Of a stretch of DNA of 43,316 nucleotides, positions 35,934 to 43,316 are shown piece after piece. The notes under the pieces were generated by a model that saw only the letters and a list, made by a program, of their open reading frames with translations, was not told the origin of the DNA and searched no databases. How positions within the stretch are numbered: position 1 is the stretch's first letter; each line of letters starts with the position of its first letter. This stretch comes from an uncultured Bacillales bacterium (GTDB taxonomy: Bacteria > Bacillota_I > Bacilli_A > RFN20 > CAG-826), in contig CALMWE010000321.1 in assembly GCA_937873795.1 (NCBI GenBank), positions 1-43,316 on the forward strand. Reading direction: 5' to 3'. The position numbers were made by a program, and so were the translations under genes.

Positions 35934-36723
35934 GTTTGGCTTCCTCCATAACAGATTCGATATCGGTATAATTATACCCTTTTTGCATTAAGTTTTTTAT
36001 CAAATGCTCCTTGAGTTGCCGACCTTGATAACGGTTGGCGTAAAGACGCATGGCTTTCTCATAATCGCGTTTGAGTGAAGTGTTCTCACTATCTTCATCT
36101 TTGGGGCTTAAAATAGCAAGGATTCTTTCGATGGTGTCGGGAGAATAGCCACGAAGAAGATAGGCCTCGTAGATACGCCGTTTGCGTTCACGGAAGCTGG
36201 TCTTTTCATATTTCTTCTCAAAACTCGGCAATAAATCAAGGCCTTTGGCGTATTCGTTGGTCTCGTCAAATTCGATGGCGGCAATTTTCGCTTCGCTGAT
36301 GCCATCGCGGGCAAGTTCCTGTTTGATTTTATATTCGCCATAATGGCGGTCGCGCGCCACTTCGAGAAAATCTTCCACATAACGGTCATCATCGATAAGT
36401 GAATGGTTCGTCAAATCTTGGACAATCGCTTCGACCATCGCGCGTGTAGCCTTCTTTTTATATAAGCGATCGGCGATTTGTTTGCCGGTGTAGGAACGAA
36501 CCGCGACCAGGCTATAGGCATATTCCCGTAACGAGCCTATTTCATTTTCTTGTTTCAAGTGACGGTAGTCTTTTTCGGAAAGTTTTTTTCCGACATAAAG
36601 ATAGAAATCAGAGAACACCGAAGGTGCTAAAGCAAGCTTTTCACCATCGGAAAAATACAACCAGACTTTCTTTTTGGAAGGTTTGACAGCGACAATTTCT
36701 TTACCAGTATTGTCGGACGGCAC
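35917..36723 (-). CDS. recX: RecX-family regulator
   Basis: RSYT.KQI..RL, LIDDDRY, GEYKIKQEL..DGI, L.RGYS and LMQKGY three-helix repeats; GTG 36723 with GGAGG RBS. Confidence 0.85.
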   Translation of the reverse strand: MPSDNTGKEIVAVKPSKKKVWLYFSDGEKLALAPSVFSDFYLYVGKKLSEKDYRHLKQENEIGSLREYAYSLVAVRSYTGKQIADRLYKKKATRAMVEAIVQDLTNHSLIDDDRYVEDFLEVARDRHYGEYKIKQELARDGISEAKIAAIEFDETNEYAKGLDLLPSFEKKYEKTSFRERKRRIYEAYLLRGYSPDTIERILAILSPKDEDSENTSLKRDYEKAMRLYANRYQGRQLKEHLIKNLMQKGYNYTDIESVMEEAKHVMDQ

Positions 36724-37870
36724 GATGGTAAACCTCCATGATGTTGTCGTAGAACCGCTCAATCGAAAAGACATCGACTTTTTCCATGGCGGCGGTCAAC
36801 ATGGCTTCTTTCTTTTCTTCATCCAAACCATGAATACGGACTACTTTTTCGCCAAAGTCATGTTCATTTGTAAAGAAGTATCCGGTTTCGTTATTGGAGA
36901 TGACGCCACTGAGGTTTTCGTCGAAACGTGCCAACACGATGTGGCGGCTGGCCATCGCTTCCATGAACGTCAATCCTTGCGTCTCGGTGACGGAGGCGGA
37001 GACGAAAATATCACTGATGTGATAGTAGAAGGGGACTTGTTCACCGGGAACCGCCCCAATAAACAGCATATGGTCGCGGATACCGAGTTCATCCACCAAA
37101 GTTTCGAGTTCCATACGGGCCGGGCCACTCCCGACAATAACGAACTTGGTCGGGAACGTTGCTGTCTTTAAAAAGTAGGCATAACCTTTGATACAAATAT
37201 CGAGACTCTTCTCTTTGGCGACTCTGCCCAAGGACAGAATCACAAAATGGTTTTCAAGACCATGGGACTTTTTGAATTCCGCGATGGCTTGCCAGTCTTG
37301 GTTTTCTTTCTTAAATTTCGAAAAATCAATGCCGGTAGGAATGACGTTGACATAACGGTCGACCCCATAGGTCCGGATGATGTCTTTGGTTTTGTTGCTG
37401 GGAGAAATGAATTCGGTGCATTGTTCCGCGACAAAACGCGAATAGCGGCGGACAATGTTTCGGGCAAAGCGGTCGAAGTGTCCCTTTGTGGCGTAGTAGG
37501 TATAGTCTTCATACATCGTGTGATACGTATAGACGGTGGGGACCCTTAAACTGCGAGCGGCGATTTTTCCGAAAATACCGATCCCGGCGTCCGTTTGAAT
37601 ATGAATAACATCGAGCTTCATCTCACGCACGATTTTCATCGCTTTGGAAGAATAAAATCCGGCCATCCGATAACCATAGAGTTTCTTTAATAAGATACCC
37701 GGAATTCGAAGGACATTGTCTTTATATTCGATTTTATTGGAAAAAGGATTGGTCACGATTGCGTAGACGTTATGGCCATTTTTCTTGAGAATGTTAAAAA
37801 GATTGAACGTCGAGGTGGCGACGCCATTGATCTCAGGTGGATATGTATCGCTGAAAAGGGCGATGTTCAT
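36701..37870 (-). CDS. GT4 glycosyltransferase, 1,2-diacylglycerol 3-glucosyltransferase-like
   Basis: FSDTYPPEINGVATS, YTYHTMYEDY, IPTGID, LGRVAKEK and SASVTETQGLTFMEAMA motifs. Confidence 0.88.
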   Translation of the reverse strand: MNIALFSDTYPPEINGVATSTFNLFNILKKNGHNVYAIVTNPFSNKIEYKDNVLRIPGILLKKLYGYRMAGFYSSKAMKIVREMKLDVIHIQTDAGIGIFGKIAARSLRVPTVYTYHTMYEDYTYYATKGHFDRFARNIVRRYSRFVAEQCTEFISPSNKTKDIIRTYGVDRYVNVIPTGIDFSKFKKENQDWQAIAEFKKSHGLENHFVILSLGRVAKEKSLDICIKGYAYFLKTATFPTKFVIVGSGPARMELETLVDELGIRDHMLFIGAVPGEQVPFYYHISDIFVSASVTETQGLTFMEAMASRHIVLARFDENLSGVISNNETGYFFTNEHDFGEKVVRIHGLDEEKKEAMLTAAMEKVDVFSIERFYDNIMEVYHRAVRQYW

Positions 37871-39282
37871 TATTCCTCTCCTTTGTTCGAAGTGGCCGAA
37901 TCCAAAGGATTCAGGGCGCCTTCATCATTGATTTCGACTAAGCCGGTTTTAGCTTGTTGTTGTTTGGTTTTCTTTTGTTCGCGACGTTTGCGGGTTCCAA
38001 AAATATCGCGGCGGGCTTCCGACATCCGCTTTTCAATATCTTTGCGCGAAAGCTGAGAGGTTTGAAACATCGTATCTGCGGTTTTCTTACGAAGTTCGTA
38101 AGTCGATTTTTGCAGTTCGACGAAGGTCTTGCGGTCACTCTTGAAGTTGTCTTCTTGCGGGGAAGACCGATAGAAGGCAGTGACGAAACCACCGATGATA
38201 AGGCCTAAATAGAAGGTAGCGGTACGCCAGATCAATTGAGCAGCGGTGGCTAAAGCGCCGCTACCGTAAATACCGACGAACACTTGCGTAAAGAAGTATT
38301 CCGAGAAGCCGCTGGCGCCGGGAAGCGGAATCATGTTGGTCATCATTTGCAAGTATGCCGAGAAGAAGACGGTATCAAAGTAGGTATGTCCCGCCATCGT
38401 GGTCTCCGCTAAAGAAACACCGATTAAATACGGGATTGAGTAAGAAAGCGTTAATTTGATGGTAAAAAGGACAAGCAGCAAGATGGTGACCGGAATATTG
38501 CTTTGCAAACGGCGAAGCTCAATCCGGAAGTTTTCGATTTGAGCTTGCCAGTTTTGTTTGGTCTTTTCCGGGTGTTTGATGAATTTGAGTTTGGCACCGA
38601 TGGAGACGATGCCGTTGATGGCGACGCTGTGCATCCACTTGGAATAGGACAAAAGCAAGATGGTAACAATCACGAAAAAATTAATGCCGAAACCAAGCAA
38701 GGATAACGGAATGAGGGTGAGTTTAAAGCCACCAAAGTCGGCCACCGGGTTTAAGGCCAAGAAGGCGGGGAGTTTGATGAACAATGCCAAAATGCCATAC
38801 GCGACCAACACAATCTGATAAAGCAAGAAATGCATGACTAGAATTGAAGTCGCACTGGCAAGTTCCAAACCTTGTTTTTTGAAGGTATAGGCTTGGGCGA
38901 ATTGACCGCCGCTAGAGGAAGGCGTCACGTCGTTATAGAAAACGCCGATAAACGCATTGGCTAATCCTTTGCCAAAACTATAGCGGGTCGTGTACAAACG
39001 GGCCAAGATGTAAAGAATCAAGCCGTCGAGCAAAAATACTCCAACGGCCACAATCGCAACGACGATAAGTATACGGGCATCCGCGGTCTTCAGGGCAACG
39101 ACGACGTCATCAAAACCATCTTTGAGCGAAAAGTACAAAACGACCGCAGCAATCAAAAGAACGATAATAATATTAAAGATATAACGCTTGTGAAGGCGTT
39201 TTTTCTTTTTAGCGGGGGCAGGGGAGGAGGGTACTTTATTGCCTCCGCTCATGACCACGATATCTTTTTCATTAAGTTCCAT
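37870..39282 (-). CDS. lysylphosphatidylglycerol synthase TM / flippase-like membrane protein (UPF0104)
   Basis: Multi-TM protein with FYNDVTPSSSGGQ, IPLPGASGFSE and LIWR..TFY motifs; 1-bp overlap with the GT4 gene. Confidence 0.85.
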   Translation of the reverse strand: MELNEKDIVVMSGGNKVPSSPAPAKKKKRLHKRYIFNIIIVLLIAAVVLYFSLKDGFDDVVVALKTADARILIVVAIVAVGVFLLDGLILYILARLYTTRYSFGKGLANAFIGVFYNDVTPSSSGGQFAQAYTFKKQGLELASATSILVMHFLLYQIVLVAYGILALFIKLPAFLALNPVADFGGFKLTLIPLSLLGFGINFFVIVTILLLSYSKWMHSVAINGIVSIGAKLKFIKHPEKTKQNWQAQIENFRIELRRLQSNIPVTILLLVLFTIKLTLSYSIPYLIGVSLAETTMAGHTYFDTVFFSAYLQMMTNMIPLPGASGFSEYFFTQVFVGIYGSGALATAAQLIWRTATFYLGLIIGGFVTAFYRSSPQEDNFKSDRKTFVELQKSTYELRKKTADTMFQTSQLSRKDIEKRMSEARRDIFGTRKRREQKKTKQQQAKTGLVEINDEGALNPLDSATSNKGEE

Positions 39283-39415
39283 GAATCAAAATCTCCAAAA
39301 TGCCTCTCGATTATAACATATAATCGTTCGTTGAGAAACTGACCCACAAGAAAGAAAAAAGAGATAACTTAACATTTTTTCCGGAAAAGTAAAAAACAAC
39401 GATGATTTTTAAAAA

Positions 39416-39429
39416 AGTGAACGCTTTCA
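39416..39429. promoter_or_regulatory. cre-like / LacI-family operator
   Basis: Reverse complement TGAAAGCGTTCACT resembles the CcpA cre consensus; lies in a divergent intergenic region. Confidence 0.4.
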
Positions 39430-39529
39430 GACGCTTCAAAGAAGCGCTTTACCAGGGTTATATTTCGGAATTTCCCTAGCAAAAAGCCCTTATCATTAGT
39501 ATAATGATATCTTGTCTGGAGGTAGGCCC

Positions 39530-41305
39530 ATGAAAAAGTACTTAAAAATCATGTATTCGATGACCAAAGGCCATCGTTTCAAATACTTCTTTTCGTTTGC
39601 CATTCTTTTTGTCGCGGTTCTTTTACAACTCATTTCCACGTTTATGAGCAAAATTTTAACCGACACTTTAACGGGGGACGCTCCCACAGGGTTAGTGGAT
39701 GGTTTCATTACCGAAATGTTGGGTGGGCAAGCGTACCTGCGGAATCACTTGTGGATTTTTGCCTTGGCCATCGTCGGCATCGGTGTTTCGCGTGCTTTGA
39801 TCAACGTTTCGCGTGGTATTCTTCGTGCGTCGTTGGACCGCGATGTCGCCAGCGGCATGCAACTTAAACTCTTCCGTCACATCGAACGGTTGCCTTATCC
39901 TTTCTTAAAGAAAGCCAAGAGCGGAGACATCATTCAAACCTGTACGCGGGATGAAGAAGTGCTGCGTCGTTTCGTCATCCGCGAAACTTTAGGTATCGTT
40001 TATGCCTTCTACATCGTCTCCTTATCCTTCTTAATCCTCTTGTCCTTAAGCTGGAAGATTGCGGTCAGCTGCATCATCATTCTTCCGTTCATGTTCGTCT
40101 ATTCCTACTTCGTCATCAAAGAAGTCCGCGTCCGTTACCGGAAAACCGATGACTCGGATGGTGAGATGTGCGCAAAGATTGAAGAAAACCTTTCCAGTGT
40201 CCGCGTCGTCAAAGCCTTCAACAACGAAAAGTTTGAGATTGACGCATTTGAAAAACACCTCAAAGATTACGAAACGAAATTCATCCATTGGCGGAAAATG
40301 TCGTCCTTCTTCTTCGCCAGTAGCGATATCTTCGTATTCGGTCAAATCGTATTGACCACCTTATTTGGACTTTACCTTGCCTTTATCGGTGATATTTCCA
40401 TCGGTACGACCGTCGTCGCGTTCTCGTTTGTGTCGATGATCGTCTGGCCGGTCCGTGATGTCGCGATGACCTTATCCAACTTAGCCCGTGCGATTGTCTC
40501 GCTCGACCGCATCAACCTCATCTTGAACCAACCGCTGGAAGACATCGAATCCGGTGAACGTCCCGAAGTCAAAGGACACATTCAATTCGAACATATGTCC
40601 TTCCATTACGATGATTCCGATGAAGCCATCCTCGAAGACATCAACTTAGATATTCACCCCGGTGAAACGATTGCCATCATGGGTAAAACCGGCAGTGGTA
40701 AGTCCACGCTCAGCCACTTATTGACCCGTCTTTACGATTACACCGACGGTTCCATCAAAATTGACGGTTACGAACTCAAAAAGATTTCCAAAGAACATAT
40801 CCGTCACGAAATCGCCACGGTTCTGCAAGAGCCGTTCCTCTTCAGCAAGACCATCATCAACAACCTGCGCGTCGCCAACAAAAACGCCAGCGACGAAGAA
40901 GTTTTCCGTGCCGCCAAGATTGCCGATATCCACACCAACATCCTTTCGTTCAAAGAAGGCTATAACACGCCTGTCGGCGAAAAAGGCGTCACCTTGTCCG
41001 GCGGACAAAAACAACGGTTGGCGATTGCCCGTACGATCATCAACAACGCTCCGATTCTCGTCTTCGACGACTCTTTGAGCGCGGTCGATACCGAAACCGA
41101 TATTCATATACGGTCCGCCCTTAAATCCCGCCAAGCCAATACCACGACGCTCATCATTACCCACCGTGTCGCTACCGCCAAAGATGCCGACCGCATCATG
41201 GTTTTGGAAGAAGGACACATCGCTCAACTGGGTACGCATGAAGAATTATTAAAACAAGACGGCCTCTACAAACGGATCTACGACATTCAGACCCGCATGG
41301 TCTAG
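39530..41305 (+). CDS. ABC exporter subunit (TMD+NBD) with degenerate Walker B
   Basis: GKTGSGKST, LSGGQKQR and VFDDSLSAVD motifs; ATG 39530 with GGAGGT RBS; TATAAT at 39500. Confidence 0.93.
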   Translation: MKKYLKIMYSMTKGHRFKYFFSFAILFVAVLLQLISTFMSKILTDTLTGDAPTGLVDGFITEMLGGQAYLRNHLWIFALAIVGIGVSRALINVSRGILRASLDRDVASGMQLKLFRHIERLPYPFLKKAKSGDIIQTCTRDEEVLRRFVIRETLGIVYAFYIVSLSFLILLSLSWKIAVSCIIILPFMFVYSYFVIKEVRVRYRKTDDSDGEMCAKIEENLSSVRVVKAFNNEKFEIDAFEKHLKDYETKFIHWRKMSSFFFASSDIFVFGQIVLTTLFGLYLAFIGDISIGTTVVAFSFVSMIVWPVRDVAMTLSNLARAIVSLDRINLILNQPLEDIESGERPEVKGHIQFEHMSFHYDDSDEAILEDINLDIHPGETIAIMGKTGSGKSTLSHLLTRLYDYTDGSIKIDGYELKKISKEHIRHEIATVLQEPFLFSKTIINNLRVANKNASDEEVFRAAKIADIHTNILSFKEGYNTPVGEKGVTLSGGQKQRLAIARTIINNAPILVFDDSLSAVDTETDIHIRSALKSRQANTTTLIITHRVATAKDADRIMVLEEGHIAQLGTHEELLKQDGLYKRIYDIQTRMV

Positions 41306-41318
41306 AAAGGAGCAAGCC

Positions 41319-43271
41319 ATGAGTAACTTTGCTTTCGAAGAAGAACAATTAGCCGAAAAGCTTAATTTCGGCGTTTGGAAACGTATCTTTAAATACGCCA
41401 TCGAATGGTGGTACCTTTTGCTGTTCCTCGCGGTGACGATGGTTTTCACTTCGTTCCACGATTCCAGTTTCGTCCCGTTAATGAACCGCGCGGCCATCAA
41501 AGCCATTCAACAAAGCGCAGGGCTTGTCTCACTCGCCGATTTATCGATCAGGGTTGAACTTTTCTTCGGGATTACGTTCAATGTCACGTTCTGGCAATTC
41601 GGTGCCTTGCTCATCGGGGCCATGCTCATCCGTTCGCTCTCCATCTTCTCCACGTTCTTCATCACGAACTATTTGGAAATGAAAATCATGTGTGCGATGC
41701 GCCGCGACTCGTTCCGCCGCGTCCAAGAACTCTCCTTCTCCTACTTTGATAAAACCTCCAGCGGATGGCTGATCGCGCGGATGCAAAACGATACGAGCAA
41801 AATCAGCGATATCCTTTCATGGGGTATCATCCGCATCATCTGGATTACGTTCGACTTAGTCTTATCCTTAATCACGATGTTCTCGGTCAGCTGGCAAATG
41901 TCGCTCATTATCTTGGCGAGCACGCCGCTGATTATGATCATCGCTCCGTACTTCGAAAACACGATTCTCAAGCTCTCGCGCGTTGCCCGTACCGCCTACT
42001 CCGGCTTTGTCGGCTGGTTGGCGGAGTGCATTGCCGGGGCCAAAACGATTAAAACCTTGGCCATCGAAAATTCCGTCCAAGACGAAGCGGAAGACATCAT
42101 CACCGATGTTAACAGGAAGTACTTCAGGACCGGAAAAACCCAAGCGTTCTTCCAACCGTCCGTGTCGATTGTCGCTGCATTAACCACAGCCGCCATCATC
42201 ATCTTCGGTTATCAATTCGTCCCGGTGTCCATCGTCGGTACCGAGTCGATCGTCGATGTCTCGATGTTCATTCTCTTCATCGGCTTTGTCGGCCAAGTCT
42301 ATAACCCGATTCAAGAATTCGCCGAAATCTTCGGGGATGTCATGGGCACGCAAGCTTCGGTCGAAAAGATTCTCTCCTTAATCGAGACCAAACCTTCCAT
42401 CATCGATACGCCCGAAGTCATCGCCAAATACGGCGGTCTGTTCGATGGAAAAATCGAAAACTACGAACCGCTTCGAGGCGATATCGAATTCCGTCACTTA
42501 TCCTTCTCGTATCTCAAAGATACCGAAATCATCCATGACATGAACCTGAAGATCAAGCAAGGTCAAAGCATTGCCATCGTCGGTGAAACCGGCAGCGGCA
42601 AGTCCACGACCGTCAACCTTCTGTGCCGGTTCTATGAACCCACGCAAGGCGAACTCTTGATTGATGGCGTCGACTACCGTCAACGTTCGGTGGGCTGGTT
42701 AAGAAGTAACATCGGTTACGTCCAACAAACTCCGTTCATCTTCAGCGGAACCATCAAAGACAACATCCGTTATGGCAAACTCAACGCCACGGACGAAGAA
42801 ATCATCCAAGCCGCCAAAACCGTCGAAGTCCATGACTTCATCATGTCGCAACCGAAAGGTTATGACACCGTCCTCGAAGATGGCGGAAACGAACTCTCCG
42901 TGGGCCAAAAACAACTCATCTCATTCGCCCGCGCCATCGTCCGTAACCCGGCCATCATGATTCTCGATGAAGCGACGTCTTCCATCGATACCGAAACCGA
43001 AGCCATCATCCAAGCCGCCATCCGCAAAGTGCTTGTGGGCCGTACGTCCGTAATCATCGCGCACCGTCTCTCGACCGTCGTCGATTGCGACCGCATCCTG
43101 GTCATGAGCGAAGGCAAAATCATCGAAGATGGTTCCCACCGCGAACTGCTCAGCAAAAATGGGACTTATCACAAGTTGTATATGAACCAATTTGCCGAAC
43201 TCAAAGTGGAAGCTCAAATCGATACGTATGAGTCGCAAGTCAAAGGCATCTTAAAAACTAAGACTCTTTGA
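41319..43271 (+). CDS. ABC exporter subunit (TMD+NBD) with consensus Walker B
   Basis: GETGSGKST, LSVGQKQL, ILDEATSSID and IAHRLST motifs; AAAGGAG RBS. Confidence 0.93.
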   Translation: MSNFAFEEEQLAEKLNFGVWKRIFKYAIEWWYLLLFLAVTMVFTSFHDSSFVPLMNRAAIKAIQQSAGLVSLADLSIRVELFFGITFNVTFWQFGALLIGAMLIRSLSIFSTFFITNYLEMKIMCAMRRDSFRRVQELSFSYFDKTSSGWLIARMQNDTSKISDILSWGIIRIIWITFDLVLSLITMFSVSWQMSLIILASTPLIMIIAPYFENTILKLSRVARTAYSGFVGWLAECIAGAKTIKTLAIENSVQDEAEDIITDVNRKYFRTGKTQAFFQPSVSIVAALTTAAIIIFGYQFVPVSIVGTESIVDVSMFILFIGFVGQVYNPIQEFAEIFGDVMGTQASVEKILSLIETKPSIIDTPEVIAKYGGLFDGKIENYEPLRGDIEFRHLSFSYLKDTEIIHDMNLKIKQGQSIAIVGETGSGKSTTVNLLCRFYEPTQGELLIDGVDYRQRSVGWLRSNIGYVQQTPFIFSGTIKDNIRYGKLNATDEEIIQAAKTVEVHDFIMSQPKGYDTVLEDGGNELSVGQKQLISFARAIVRNPAIMILDEATSSIDTETEAIIQAAIRKVLVGRTSVIIAHRLSTVVDCDRILVMSEGKIIEDGSHRELLSKNGTYHKLYMNQFAELKVEAQIDTYESQVKGILKTKTL

Positions 43272-43274
43272 AAT

Positions 43275-43294
43275 AAAGTGGGGAAAATTGGGGA
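43275..43294 (+). promoter_or_regulatory. possible MraZ-box direct repeats
   Basis: AAAGTGGGGA AAATTGGGGA, a 10-bp period repeat at the window edge. Confidence 0.4.
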
Positions 43295-43316
43295 ATTCCA
43301 AAGCAACTCACTAAAT

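Noticed and set aside
1-43316. CRISPR array, prophage, IS element, tRNA/rRNA or defence system
   Set aside because: No regularly spaced repeats, integrase/transposase motifs or cloverleaf were seen, and intergenic gaps are short and otherwise explained.

Overview
A dense, housekeeping-rich chromosomal segment from a Bacilli-type (Firmicutes) bacterium. It uses the standard code: TGA ends mutL, der, nth and sufS. It is probably a genome-reduced, possibly wall-deficient lineage; this is inferred from gene content and synteny, not proven. I found no mobile element, CRISPR array, rRNA or tRNA. Several Bacillus-like syntenic blocks are stitched together. (1) pgsA-cinA-recA-rny-ymdB-miaB-ricA-mutS-mutL-miaA. 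(2) gpsB-rnpB, a DEDDh exonuclease-recU pair (no ponA) and dnaD-nth. (3) rluB-FMN riboswitch/ribU-ferredoxin-cmk-der-gpsA-HU-cca. (4) sufCDSUB directly joined to mnmG-rsmG-parA-parB. (5) Two large lipoproteins-hit / yhaM-recX-glycolipid genes. (6) A heterodimeric ABC exporter. The least explained features are: a ~250-nt highly structured leader upstream of RNase Y; a translationally coupled pair of oversized PrsA-fold lipoproteins, one with intact parvulin histidines and one degenerate; a ParB that has lost its recognisable CTP-binding motifs but keeps its HTH; a 220-aa tail-less CCA-adding enzyme; and GpsB retained at a locus where ponA is missing. Start codons were refined by eye using RBS position. 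All motif comparisons are from memory of the families; no database searches were run.
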